From: a virus
Strand: one strand, 5' to 3'
Length of the DNA: 64,000 nucleotides
IMG/VR virus record: IMGVR_UViG_3300046532_001046
Coordinates: 1 to 64,000 of that record
The translations under genes were made by a program, and so were the position numbers. Below are positions 1-9,705 of this stretch, piece after piece. How positions within the stretch are numbered: position 1 is the first letter of the stretch; each line of letters begins with the position of its first letter. Below the pieces are notes generated by a model. The model had not been told where the DNA came from and made no database searches. It was given only the letters and a program-made list of their open reading frames with translations.

Positions 1-367
1 CGCGCTTGATAAAGCGCATGAAGATAGTGCCCAGCCCAGCGTCAGTCATATCGTTGGGGTCGTTGGGCACGTAGCGATACCACGCTACACGGGTACTGTT
101 GAAGTCAACCCCGTTTACCTGTGGTGCGATAAACCCAGTTGGTTGCTCTTCTTCAGGGCCGAGTTCCTGTCGCTCCTTCTCCCGCTCAATGGAGAACGAG
201 TAGGTAGCAGATCCAGCCTGTTGTCTGTCGGCTGTCGTGGGCTCGTCACGAGCATCGAAGTGCTGCGGATCAAGAGGCCCAGACGTAGAAACTGATGACT
301 TGAAATCGTCAGTCAGGTAACTGTCAAAGCCCTTCCAGTTAGGACCTAAACCTTTATTCCTCGGCAT
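1..367 (-). CDS. hypothetical phage protein (3' partial)
   Basis: Manually read ORF MPRNKGLGPNWKGFDSYLTDD...RVAWYRYVPND...IFMRFIKR running off the window edge; start overlaps the upstream small gene. Confidence 0.7.
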   Translation of the reverse strand, partial: MPRNKGLGPNWKGFDSYLTDDFKSSVSTSGPLDPQHFDARDEPTTADRQQAGSATYSFSIEREKERQELGPEEEQPTGFIAPQVNGVDFNSTRVAWYRYVPNDPNDMTDAGLGTIFMRFIKR

Positions 368-524
368 CCTCTGTAGACTCCTTGTCCTGTGACTCCACCA
401 GAAGGGACCGAAGTTCAGTGACCATCGACGCCAGCACGACGTTCTCGCCCTGCAAAGCATTCAGCCGTGACTGAAGTTCGTTGATGACCGTCTGGGGGTT
501 GAGTTGAATGTTGTCTACGTCCAC
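354..524 (-). CDS. small coiled-coil protein (56 aa)
   Basis: Manually read GTG-start ORF MDVDNIQLNPQTVINELQSRLNALQGENVVLAS..., GAAAGGG upstream. Confidence 0.7.
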   Translation of the reverse strand: MDVDNIQLNPQTVINELQSRLNALQGENVVLASMVTELRSLLVESQDKESTEDAEE

Positions 525-569
525 GTAGTGCCCTTTCGTTGGAACGGTTTGTAGGACTATTACAGTGTA

Positions 570-1382
570 TCAGGTGCCCTCTAACTCATCAGCCAACGCA
601 CGAAGACGGTCAGATACACTGGGTGGTTCAGGGCACAGGGCCTCAGATTCCTCAGTTTCCTTAGCAGCCGCTTCCTTATCAGCAATCATCTTGGCGATGG
701 CATCCCAGTCGATGCCGGGGGCGGCAATATCAACACCGAGATTCTCCAACTTGTAATCGGAGATGTCCCATGCCATGTTTTCGGGGGCTACGGCTGGTCC
801 GCCGTAGTAGGCATCCAGCCATGCCCAAGTAACAGCAGTTTTATCTGTTACAACTAGGTTATGTCGGACCCAGTCGCCTCCATCCAATCGGGCACGGATG
901 AAACCCTCATCGAAATCGGCCTCACACTCAAAGAGAACAGCAGTACCGCCCACCTTGAGTTGCCCAACCTTGACCGAATCGCCCCACTTTGGACCCTGAC
1001 CCAGATGGTAGAAGTACATGCCGATGGGCATGAATCCGTCTTTGGTCTTACCGAACCATGTGCGGAACGAGAAGCCGTCGGGGTTGGGCTGCCGGTTGCC
1101 GTGACCATAGGACTGGCCCCTCTTGTTCTTGTAGCGTAGATCAGCGAACCCCAGTGTCTTTCCCGTACTGTGGGAGTTCCAGTTGCCGAGTGCCCTAACC
1201 ATGTAGGACACCTTCACATGGCGGGAGGGAGGCACCTCCTTGTAGAGGGCGCATCCGTAATGGTTGCCCTCACGGAACATCAGCCGTAGCGAGTCGCCAC
1301 TCACATAGGCGTTCTTGATGTCGCCCTTCCACGAGTCTTGCCATCCTTCTTTAAAGGTTTCATGTACTAAGACAGTCATCAC
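570..1382 (-). CDS. polysaccharide lyase family 14-like jelly-roll protein
   Basis: GKTLGF...PDGFSFRTWF...GMYFYH resembles the PL14 GKLPG...GFSxRxMWR...YxY pattern; AAGGAG RBS. Confidence 0.55.
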   Translation of the reverse strand: MMTVLVHETFKEGWQDSWKGDIKNAYVSGDSLRLMFREGNHYGCALYKEVPPSRHVKVSYMVRALGNWNSHSTGKTLGFADLRYKNKRGQSYGHGNRQPNPDGFSFRTWFGKTKDGFMPIGMYFYHLGQGPKWGDSVKVGQLKVGGTAVLFECEADFDEGFIRARLDGGDWVRHNLVVTDKTAVTWAWLDAYYGGPAVAPENMAWDISDYKLENLGVDIAAPGIDWDAIAKMIADKEAAAKETEESEALCPEPPSVSDRLRALADELEGT

Positions 1383-1396
1383 TTCTCCTTCTACCC

Positions 1397-1669
1397 CTAT
1401 TCTACCTCAATATAGATGCACTCACCGGGACACTCATCTGCCGATTCAATCACGGCTTCTAAATGCTCCTCAGGGACATCAGCCAAACCCGTAGCCATCT
1501 GGTAGACGGGTTCGCCCTTGGCTGCTCCGTCTGGTCCGTACATGGTCGGCCATCCAACTTCTTTGACGTAGGCCAACCCGTCGTCGTGCATCTCAAAGAT
1601 GTCCGGGCAAATCTCAGCACACAACCCATCACCGGTACACAGGTCTTGGTCGATCCAAACTTTCATCAT
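1397..1669 (-). CDS. ferredoxin, actinobacterial single-cluster type
   Basis: MKVWIDQDLCTGDGLCAEICPDIF...ECPGECI: CxxDxxC...CP ligand pattern. Confidence 0.92.
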   Translation of the reverse strand: MMKVWIDQDLCTGDGLCAEICPDIFEMHDDGLAYVKEVGWPTMYGPDGAAKGEPVYQMATGLADVPEEHLEAVIESADECPGECIYIEVE

Positions 1670-4600
1670 TCAACCTCTTCAATGGTCAGGCGGTACCAAC
1701 CGCTGTTCGTTGTGTTGTAAACCGAAGCCTGCACCACATAGTTACCCACAGCCATGTCCGTGCGGACAATGCGGGCATCCCACTGATCACTCACGTTGTC
1801 GATCACGGGGACACCATCAGAGCAAGCCCCTCCGGTGTCGCAGTAGGTGATCGTCGGTGTCTCATCAACATCCACCGCACTGCTAGGCGGGTTGGTGCAA
1901 GTGCTTCCACAGTCGCTCCCACCGTCATCGTCCGTTTCAATCGTGCCGCCGGGTGCGATGCTGTCCGTATCCCCTGAGTGGTCCCCCTGATCAGAGTCCG
2001 TATCTTCTCTGAGGTAGAGATACGGGTCGGCAGCCTCGTTACTTGTATTGAACTGGGCGCGAGTCAGATTTGTTTCAGCGTCGATGCGGACACTGGTCAC
2101 CTCGGTCAAAGAAAACTGGATATGGTCGCGGTCTTGGCGGCTAGAGGATTGCACGATGCACCAGTCCCCCATGCCTCTCCAGCCACCCTCAGCACAGCCC
2201 TCCTCGGTAGCCACCGTGGCATTCGTCGTAGAGGCTGACGTGTAGGCGTCGCCAGCGGTAGCCGTCGTCGTTGCGTCTTCCCATGTCCTCTGGGTAGAGC
2301 AGCCGCTCTGTATCCCATCTACGAGGAGGCAGGACACAAAGTCAGTTCCTGTCCGCGCTACCACGGTCGTCGTGTCTACATGAGTCGTCGTAACCGTTGT
2401 AGCGGTAGTGGTATCAAGATGCCAGTGACCGTCGTTGCTGTTGTGGGTCAGGATTCCCGAATCAGCGGTGGTGGTCGCCACCGTCGAAGCCGTGGACGAG
2501 GACGTAGAGATCGTTTCCTGTAACGCTACGGCAATGTTCGTATACGAATAGGTCGGAACATAGACCGGGGGGGGAGGAGGAATGTATGCCTCTTGGACAT
2601 CTTCGGGGAGGTATTCACCGGCTACCTCTGCGCTTACTTCCCCCGATTCCACAGCCTCCGTAAAGCCCGCCCACCCGACGTACCCGACTGGGGCTTCCCC
2701 CCAGTCTTCGTAGTAGCCGGGATCGTTGGCTTGGTCGTAGGCTTCCCACGTAGTGAAGCCCCCCGGTGCTGAGGAGCAGGCGTCTGTTCCCCGGCAGTCT
2801 GCGTAGGGGTCCCAACTGGGTTCGGGCTCTGGTTCCGGCTCTTCCACTGGGGGTTCTTCCCACGGATCGCCCTCATCTTCAGGTTGCTCTTCCGCCTCAG
2901 GTTCTTCTTCAACCGGTTCTGTCGTTGGCTCTTCTTCAGTTTCAGGAGAGTCCTCCGGCCACTCTTCGTCCCCTTCTTCAGTTTCCTGTTCTTCTTCATC
3001 TACTTCCTGTTCTTCTATCTCGGGCTCGGGCTCGGGCTCTTCCTCTATCTCGGGCTCTTCCCACTCTATCCCTTCCTCGTCCTCCTCTTCTACCCCACTT
3101 TCGTCTTCCCACTCTTCTTCAAGTGTCTCTTCCCACTCCTCTTCCTCTATTTCAGGCTCTTCCCACTCCTCTTCCTCTATTTCAGGCTCTTCCCACTCCT
3201 CTTCATCCCACGGACCCTCTTCGCACTCGTCGCACCACTCGGCATCCTCAGGCCAGAACTCCTCTTCCCAGTCTTCCCATTCCTCTTCGGTGTCTAGCCA
3301 GAACTCCTCTTCCCAGTCTTCCCATTCCTCTTCGGTGTCTAGCCAGAACTCCTCTTCCCAGTCTTCCTCTTCCTCGTCTACCTCTAAGAACTCCTCCTCC
3401 CACTCTTCCCACGTTGTGGGGTCTTCCCACTCTTCGGCAAACTCTTCTTCCTCCCACTCTTCCCACTCTTCTTCTTCCCACTCCCATGACTCCGTCGGAG
3501 AAGGACCCCAGTCCTCCGGCCACTCTTCTAGCCCCTCTTCCTCCAGAATCCACTGTTCCTCGTCCTCTCCACTCCATTCATCCCAGTAATCATCCTCCCA
3601 GTACTCGTCAATCTCCATCTCTTCTACGAACTCAAATACTTCTTCTAGTTCTATTTCCTCGTTAAAGAACTCTAGGAACTCCTCCTCCTCAGCCTCAAAC
3701 CACTCCTCGTCATAATCCACCTCTTCCCACTGCTCATCCTCCCAGTACTCAGCGTCCACGCTAAGTATGACCGCCACCAGATCGAAGTCATTGTCCGTCT
3801 CCAACGGTTCCCAGTCATCTATTTCCTCAATCTCTTCGACATACGTTTCCCCGAGAACCTCATCCAAGCGATCCTCGGCTACGGCTTGGAAGTACTCGGC
3901 GTCAGAAGCGACCCATGCTTCGATCTCCTCTTCCTCCTGCACCACCTCTGCCAGCACCTCGTCGTAGGTGATCTCTATTTGGACAGGTTGCATTACCGGT
4001 TCTGGGATAGGGCTATCTGGCTCATCCGATGATGGGGTAGTCGTCTCCACACGGTAAACAGACACGTCCACCGCCACCTCTGCCAGCACCTCCCCCTGTG
4101 CATCCTGAATAGACAGGTCCAACATCTCAGGCTCGGTGGCACTCACTGCCTCTGCGAACACCAGTTCGATCTGCTGTCCCTCGTCCAGTTCCACTTCAAC
4201 TGACAGGGCATCTATGGAGATAGCAACCGTGGCTTCCTCAATCTCCGCAACCTGCACCGACTCCTCGGAGAACGAGAGGAGTGACTGGGGCTCCTCCTCT
4301 ACGGCTACCTCCTCTGCTATGGGCTCCACCACAGCGGCTTCAATCTGAACTGACTTTTCTTCGTTAAGTACCAGTAGAGAGAACTTCTGTGGGGTAGGCT
4401 CTTCCTCTTCCTGTTCCTGCTCTGGAGGTTCCACCCCATTACCATCTGGAACTGGGCTGGGGGTTTCTCCTAAAATCGTGGCATCTGCCACAGCCTCCGG
4501 GGCTGGAACATCAATCTCCTCAACATCAGCGGTGAACGACTCCACGTCTGGTGGCAGGAACACCAGCACCGGGTCAGCCGTTGAGGGGCCAGATATCAGG

Positions 4601-5724
4601 TAGCGGTAGGTGGCACCGGGGATCTCATTGACGAAACCCTCGTCGTAATACCCCAATCTTTGACCACTCTCCGTGACTATCTTGAGGCTCATCTGCTTGC
4701 TTCCAGAGGCAGCAACCGTAAGCAGGGTTCCTGACTTGGCCGTCCCTTCCTGTGGGCAGAACCCACAGGTAAATGGGCCACTACGGACACTCATGGGTGT
4801 CAACTCCATAGTGCCCGTGCCACCAGACCACGCTGAGGCTTCCTCGGTGGGGTTCGTCGCTGCTAGGGCATACACCCAGCCGTCCTCATCCACATCAATC
4901 CATCGTTCTGCGGTAGGCCAGTTACTGTCGTAAATGTAGATTCGGTACCCGGTTGGGGTCTGTGACACCCGGTAAGGCGTGACGGCGTGGCCGCCCATTT
5001 CGCTGTAAATGCCGATTGTGAAACCGGTGTGGTTATTACCGGCCTCGGACTCAGCGAAGTCATACAGCAGTACTTCAGCAAGTTCCTTAGGAGACATCTT
5101 CAGGTAGGAGGACGCCTCCTGCTGAACCTCCACAGCGAACTGGGTGACGTACCAGTAGGCGATCTCCGACAGGAGCGCCGGGTCGGCCTGCACCAACTGG
5201 GAGACGGTGTCGGTCCCTTGGAAGGATGCCAACGTCTTCAGGTCCCCCGCCAAGCGGAGACTGAGAACGGCTAACCCCTCGCAGAGCCCTCCACGCATGG
5301 ACTTGTTGGCCTGCGAAATCAACTGGAGGATCACCGGATAGGGCGTACACCGGTTGTCCGTCACATCAGAGCAGACCTGATCGTCCCCATACAGGCGGCG
5401 GGCCATGTTAACTGTCAGGTCAGCAGGGGCTTCACCCCCACCGAAGTTCTCAAAGGAGAAGGAATCAACCTCTGGTGTGAACGAAAGAGCGTGCCCAACT
5501 GGGGTGGGCTCCGGGGTGGGGCTATCTATGGTGGTGGTAGGGGGTGGGGGTATGGTGGTGGTAGACGGGGTAGGGCTATCTGGGACCGTCGTAGGGGGGG
5601 TAGTAGTGGTCTCTACCACTTCTGGGAATAGTGTAGAAGTACTAACTTCTTCTGAAACCCCGCCGGAAGAACACCCTGCAAAGAGGAGTGCCCCGGCAGT
5701 GAGTACCGCCGAGAAACGCCTCAC
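1666..5724 (-). CDS. 1352-aa acidic lipoprotein: papain-like domain, Glu/Trp-rich stalk, C-terminal PPC-like domain
   Basis: Lipobox LFAG-C18; Thr/Pro linker; GLCEG...GHAV...YDSN candidate triad; long E/W/D tract; DPYLYL...DDDGG...GNYVVQAS. Confidence 0.8.
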   Translation of the reverse strand: MRRFSAVLTAGALLFAGCSSGGVSEEVSTSTLFPEVVETTTTPPTTVPDSPTPSTTTIPPPPTTTIDSPTPEPTPVGHALSFTPEVDSFSFENFGGGEAPADLTVNMARRLYGDDQVCSDVTDNRCTPYPVILQLISQANKSMRGGLCEGLAVLSLRLAGDLKTLASFQGTDTVSQLVQADPALLSEIAYWYVTQFAVEVQQEASSYLKMSPKELAEVLLYDFAESEAGNNHTGFTIGIYSEMGGHAVTPYRVSQTPTGYRIYIYDSNWPTAERWIDVDEDGWVYALAATNPTEEASAWSGGTGTMELTPMSVRSGPFTCGFCPQEGTAKSGTLLTVAASGSKQMSLKIVTESGQRLGYYDEGFVNEIPGATYRYLISGPSTADPVLVFLPPDVESFTADVEEIDVPAPEAVADATILGETPSPVPDGNGVEPPEQEQEEEEPTPQKFSLLVLNEEKSVQIEAAVVEPIAEEVAVEEEPQSLLSFSEESVQVAEIEEATVAISIDALSVEVELDEGQQIELVFAEAVSATEPEMLDLSIQDAQGEVLAEVAVDVSVYRVETTTPSSDEPDSPIPEPVMQPVQIEITYDEVLAEVVQEEEEIEAWVASDAEYFQAVAEDRLDEVLGETYVEEIEEIDDWEPLETDNDFDLVAVILSVDAEYWEDEQWEEVDYDEEWFEAEEEEFLEFFNEEIELEEVFEFVEEMEIDEYWEDDYWDEWSGEDEEQWILEEEGLEEWPEDWGPSPTESWEWEEEEWEEWEEEEFAEEWEDPTTWEEWEEEFLEVDEEEEDWEEEFWLDTEEEWEDWEEEFWLDTEEEWEDWEEEFWPEDAEWCDECEEGPWDEEEWEEPEIEEEEWEEPEIEEEEWEETLEEEWEDESGVEEEDEEGIEWEEPEIEEEPEPEPEIEEQEVDEEEQETEEGDEEWPEDSPETEEEPTTEPVEEEPEAEEQPEDEGDPWEEPPVEEPEPEPEPSWDPYADCRGTDACSSAPGGFTTWEAYDQANDPGYYEDWGEAPVGYVGWAGFTEAVESGEVSAEVAGEYLPEDVQEAYIPPPPPVYVPTYSYTNIAVALQETISTSSSTASTVATTTADSGILTHNSNDGHWHLDTTTATTVTTTHVDTTTVVARTGTDFVSCLLVDGIQSGCSTQRTWEDATTTATAGDAYTSASTTNATVATEEGCAEGGWRGMGDWCIVQSSSRQDRDHIQFSLTEVTSVRIDAETNLTRAQFNTSNEAADPYLYLREDTDSDQGDHSGDTDSIAPGGTIETDDDGGSDCGSTCTNPPSSAVDVDETPTITYCDTGGACSDGVPVIDNVSDQWDARIVRTDMAVGNYVVQASVYNTTNSGWYRLTIEEVE

Positions 5725-6149
5725 TGTCGTTGCTTACGCCTATTCTGATACCAGAATAGCAACCCCAGAAGTACTAGGATAACCATAGCCACTAGGATTG
5801 CCGTCAGAGAGCCACCGGGGGCGTCTGAGGGGCTCAGAGACCAGTTCTTAGCCCCACCCCCCAGAAGGTCTCCCTCGGCCTTCAGATCGGCTACAGCGGC
5901 CTCTAACTGGTCAACCTGATACTGGAGGGCAGCCTCATCCGAAGATGAGTCCCACAGGAAGCCGAAGGCTCCGGTGATAGCAGCAGGTAGGCCCAGAACA
6001 TAGGCGATGTTGTCCTTGGCCTTATCAAGCAAGGACTGTGCTGACTTTAACTGTTTACCTGCTGATGCCTTTGTTTCTGGGCCGGGGAGGTCTTGGAGGA
6101 CCTCGTCAATCTTTTGTTTAGCGGTTTGTAGGGATTCTTGGTGGCCCAT
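5721..6149 (-). CDS. membrane protein with two hydrophobic segments and a coiled coil
   Basis: IAYVLGLPAAITGAFGFLW and LTAILVAMVILVLLGLLFWY followed by a basic tail. Confidence 0.75.
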   Translation of the reverse strand: MGHQESLQTAKQKIDEVLQDLPGPETKASAGKQLKSAQSLLDKAKDNIAYVLGLPAAITGAFGFLWDSSSDEAALQYQVDQLEAAVADLKAEGDLLGGGAKNWSLSPSDAPGGSLTAILVAMVILVLLGLLFWYQNRRKQRQ

Positions 6150-6180
6150 CGGGCACCCCCTTCAAATGCTATGTAGGACC

Positions 6181-6561
6181 CTATTCTACCTCAACCCATG
6201 AGGTCGTGTCTTCGTCCCAGACGTAGAACGGTGCCTCACCAACTACGCCGGGGTACGGGACGGGTGATTGCCAGTTCGTGTTCTCATCCAGCGTCCACGA
6301 CGGGAACGGCTGGGGGACAAGAAACGCATCTGAACCAGCGTCGTAGATGAACCCGATACCAGCATATCGGTGACGCTGGTTACCGTGGTATGACGTTTGT
6401 ACCCATGTTCCCGAATCGGGAAACAGGTCGTTGAGGAAGTCGATGCCCCGCTGCTCGTCCTCCACACCGTCAACAGTTGTTACGTCATTGTGGACAACGG
6501 TTACCTGCACAACGGTATTCGTTTCATCCAGTTCTGCGAAGTGTGCCATCAGGTAGTCCAC
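6181..6561 (-). CDS. tail-fibre-associated small protein
   Basis: MAHFAELD...WVQTSY...RYAGIG..YD...PQPFPSWTLD, a family commonly found after glycine-rich fibre genes; likely true start is MAHF. Confidence 0.75.
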   Translation of the reverse strand: MDYLMAHFAELDETNTVVQVTVVHNDVTTVDGVEDEQRGIDFLNDLFPDSGTWVQTSYHGNQRHRYAGIGFIYDAGSDAFLVPQPFPSWTLDENTNWQSPVPYPGVVGEAPFYVWDEDTTSWVEVE

Positions 6562-7439
6562 CTGAGTATCACTATTCCAGAACCACCGTTACCAGTACCG
6601 TATCCCCAACCCCCTCCACCAGTTCCCGAACCGCTATTGGCGGCAGCGGACAGCGCCCCGGGACCCGACGATGCCGTGCCTCCACCGGCCCCACCGGCCC
6701 TATCCCGTGCAGATGCGGGTGTACCGTTGTTGCTCCACCCGCCACCACCACCACAACGTTGTACCGCTACACCTGTACCATAATCGTTTGTTGCCCCGTA
6801 ACCGCCATTCCCAGCGTTGTAGTCAGTGGCGCTATGGCCTACTTGACCCGTGCCACCGCCGCCACCACCCCAGTCGTACCCCGACGGGGTAGCGCCATCC
6901 CCGGCACCCCCTGCAAATCCAGTTCCCGAACCAGTGTGGGAACCCCCAGCGGGAGTGTTATTGTCTGAGCCTCCGCCACCGCCGCACCCACCGGGGCGGC
7001 CAGCGCTTGCGTCGTAACCCCCACCGCCACCACCATTTGATAGGATGTTAGAAGCCCCAGAAGGTGTGAATCTACTATACGTACCATCAAACCCGGAACC
7101 AGTGTCGTAGAATCCCGTTCCAAGGCCGTTCGCGCCCCCACCGACCGCCACCACATGTGTTCCAACTGTAAGGCCAGAGGCCGTGCCTACATACTGAGCA
7201 CCAGCACCACCGCCACCAGCACCACCGCCAGTTGGAACGGCTCCCGAGCCGCCCCCACCGATTATACAAAAGTCAATGTCTCGTGCGCCTGCGGTTATGA
7301 CAAAGTTCCCGCCACCCGTGTATGTGAGGGACGTGTATGCCCCGTAAGTGGTTACTGTAGGAGAGCCTGTAGTGGTGTACTCCATTACCCCACCAGCACT
7401 ACTAGCGACAACCCCGTGATCGGCTGGACGAATAACCAT
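6549..7439 (-). CDS. glycine-rich tail-fibre/adhesin domain protein
   Basis: IIGGGGSG...GGGGAG...GGSGIVILRW glycine-rich domain. Confidence 0.8.
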   Translation of the reverse strand: MVIRPADHGVVASSAGGVMEYTTTGSPTVTTYGAYTSLTYTGGGNFVITAGARDIDFCIIGGGGSGAVPTGGGAGGGGAGAQYVGTASGLTVGTHVVAVGGGANGLGTGFYDTGSGFDGTYSRFTPSGASNILSNGGGGGGYDASAGRPGGCGGGGGSDNNTPAGGSHTGSGTGFAGGAGDGATPSGYDWGGGGGGTGQVGHSATDYNAGNGGYGATNDYGTGVAVQRCGGGGGWSNNGTPASARDRAGGAGGGTASSGPGALSAAANSGSGTGGGGWGYGTGNGGSGIVILRWTT

Positions 7440-8209
7440 TAGGCCAAAGCCCCAATCAGCGACCAGACATCAGTCGCAGTCTTGACGAGTGTCACCGCCG
7501 CCCACTGACCGTCAATAGCCAAAGCAGCGTCCTTAGAATTGATTGTTACACCAGCACCCGCAACCAACGTCACGACACCAGCGAGAATACCCTGAAGAAT
7601 GATCTGTGTACCGACAGCGAAAGCCACCGACGAGTTCGGCGGCACCGTGATCGTCTGCGCTGAACCGTTCGATGAGGTGACCATCTTGCCTGCATCAGCC
7701 AGAACAAACGTGTATGTCGTACCGGTCTGGGCGTTGAACGCCAACGGGGCAACCAGACCCACGACCGCACCAGTCATAGTGCCACCAGCCTTAGGCAACG
7801 CTGCGCCAGCCGTGGTAGTCGTAGAAGTCAGGATTGCATCCCTTGTGGCAATATCAACGCCGTCAAAGGTACTGTTGGTCGTTATAGCGCCTGTCATGGC
7901 ACCACCCGCTTTGGGTAAAGCAGCGTCAGCCGTGGTGGTTGTAGAAGTCAGGATTGCGTCTCTTACTGCAATATCAACACCGTCAAAGGTGCTGTTGGTA
8001 GTTATTGCACCAGTCATTGCTCCACCAGTAAGAGGCAATACGTTGCTGGGCAGTGACGAGTACCCAAGCGAAGTCCACGCTGTCGACCCGTCACCAAACT
8101 TGTATTTGTCGGTGTCGGTTTCCATGGCGAACTCGCCTGCGGCAAGTGTCGGGTTGGCTGAGGTCCACGCTGCGGCAGTACCTCGTCTTATCTGAATCTG
8201 TACAGCCAT
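7439..8209 (-). CDS. tail fibre protein with Mtd/hyaluronidase-like N-terminal anchor
   Basis: MAVQIQIRRGTAAAWTSANPTLAAGE...KFGDG..AW..L.Y; two 40-aa internal repeats. Confidence 0.85.
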   Translation of the reverse strand: MAVQIQIRRGTAAAWTSANPTLAAGEFAMETDTDKYKFGDGSTAWTSLGYSSLPSNVLPLTGGAMTGAITTNSTFDGVDIAVRDAILTSTTTTADAALPKAGGAMTGAITTNSTFDGVDIATRDAILTSTTTTAGAALPKAGGTMTGAVVGLVAPLAFNAQTGTTYTFVLADAGKMVTSSNGSAQTITVPPNSSVAFAVGTQIILQGILAGVVTLVAGAGVTINSKDAALAIDGQWAAVTLVKTATDVWSLIGALA

Positions 8210-8218
8210 GTGTGAATC

Positions 8219-8617
8219 CTAATCTGTGGCGGCGTAAGCCGTGTCGTAGGCGGTTTGCGCTTCTTCAGCGGTACCGCCACTGTCGATGGATGCCTGTCGG
8301 GCAGCCTCACCAGCCGTGACCTTGCGTGTGATTTTGGCGGTGGGTGGGTCTTCGGGCCACACGACCTCAGATACACGCGAGTACACCGATGGCAGATCCC
8401 GCAGGGCCTGCCTGTAGGTTGCCCATTCCTCAGCGGTGTGGTCACCAAGGGCGGCGTCAGCGATCTGGGTCCAGTCTGCTGCGGACAGCATCCCGTTGCG
8501 TTGCGATCTGACCATGTTCATGTCCAGATCAGAGGCTTCAGCCCGTGCGACCAGTTCTGCTTCTTCAGCGTCTGTCAGGTCGTAGTAGACCCCGTTGACA
8601 ACCTTCTGTCTTGGCAT
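8219..8617 (-). CDS. tail fibre assembly chaperone-like protein
   Basis: RNGMLSAADWTQIAD...WATYRQALRDLP...WPEDP. Confidence 0.85.
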   Translation of the reverse strand: MPRQKVVNGVYYDLTDAEEAELVARAEASDLDMNMVRSQRNGMLSAADWTQIADAALGDHTAEEWATYRQALRDLPSVYSRVSEVVWPEDPPTAKITRKVTAGEAARQASIDSGGTAEEAQTAYDTAYAATD

Positions 8618-8619
8618 AA

Positions 8620-9150
8620 CTATGCTCCTGTAACTCCATATAGGGTGAACGTGCTGTATTGGATGTAGTCGCCGCCGCTCTTGGGGGTCAACGTGATCTG
8701 ATTTATGGCAGCCGTGCTATCCCACAACCCCGCCGTCGTAGCCAATTTCCATGTCGCGTCTACCGCTGAGGCGTTTTCCATCGCACATTGGGCTGACACC
8801 TGCTTGTAGCCCGTAGTGTTCGCATAGTTCGGAATCCACAACTTCATAGCGCAAAAGGTGTCTGCCGCAAGAGGCGCACCACCAACGATAAGATTTTCGA
8901 TCTTCGTTGCACCAGCGTTTCGGTTGCTGTAAACCGTCGCACTCACGGCATACAACTGTGTACTGGAATAGTTGGCGCCACTATCGCCGTTGATCGTAAG
9001 CCAATGATCGTCCCAAATGGATGCATTGTCTGTGCGGGCTGAGACTTCCAGCATCAGGTGGTCGTAGGACGACGCGATGCCTGTTTCGGACCATGACGCA
9101 GCGCCTCCGACACCGAGTTCGGTGTGGTCGATAACAGTGAAAGCAGCCAT
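8620..9150 (-). CDS. tail-fibre tip beta-sandwich protein (MAAFTVI paralogue B)
   Basis: YDHL..S.R...NGDSG.NY...W.STAAI..I...FTLYG family pattern. Confidence 0.75.
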   Translation of the reverse strand: MAAFTVIDHTELGVGGAASWSETGIASSYDHLMLEVSARTDNASIWDDHWLTINGDSGANYSSTQLYAVSATVYSNRNAGATKIENLIVGGAPLAADTFCAMKLWIPNYANTTGYKQVSAQCAMENASAVDATWKLATTAGLWDSTAAINQITLTPKSGGDYIQYSTFTLYGVTGA

Positions 9151-9671
9151 CAGGCACTATTCAATCCGTAGAGGGTGAACTCGCAACCACGGCTGAAACT
9201 TCCAGCGTTAGGTGTGAACAAGATGGTGGTAATCGCCGCCGTGTTATCCCACAGCCCCGACCCGAACTGGACCCGCCTATCACTGTGAGGCAACGCACTC
9301 CCAGCCATAAGACTGCATGTCGTGTTCTTGTTCGTGTTCGCATAATCAAGGATGTCCATGATAAACGAGGCGTATTCGGCCGGAGGCAGCGACGACCCGT
9401 GCATACCGTCACTCGTCTGGATGTACGCCGCCCCCGTTTGGGCATACGCACCAGCGGACGAAGTTGATCCACGCATGTTGTGGTTGCTGTAGTTGGTTCC
9501 CGTGTCACCGTTGAGGTTGATTTTCAATCTCATCGCATACACCAGTTCGGTGCTGCGAAGCGACGCCCGCAGTTGCAGATGCTCATACGTCGCAGGGATA
9601 CCAGAGAACGTCACCGTCGCAGCATCAGCCTCCAAATACTGGGTGGCGATTGCCTCAATAACAGCCATCAA
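9150..9671 (-). CDS. tail-fibre tip beta-sandwich protein (MAVIEAIAT paralogue B)
   Basis: TFSGIPATYEHLQL...DILDYANTNK...W.NTAAIT...FTLYG. Confidence 0.75.
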   Translation of the reverse strand: MMAVIEAIATQYLEADAATVTFSGIPATYEHLQLRASLRSTELVYAMRLKINLNGDTGTNYSNHNMRGSTSSAGAYAQTGAAYIQTSDGMHGSSLPPAEYASFIMDILDYANTNKNTTCSLMAGSALPHSDRRVQFGSGLWDNTAAITTILFTPNAGSFSRGCEFTLYGLNSA

Positions 9672-9705
9672 GCCACCATCCTGAACCGAGGATTCGTATG
9701 GTGAC

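Noticed and set aside
2615-3665. Alternative-frame ORFs within the lipoprotein gene
   Set aside because: By-products of the purine-rich Glu/Trp low-complexity tract
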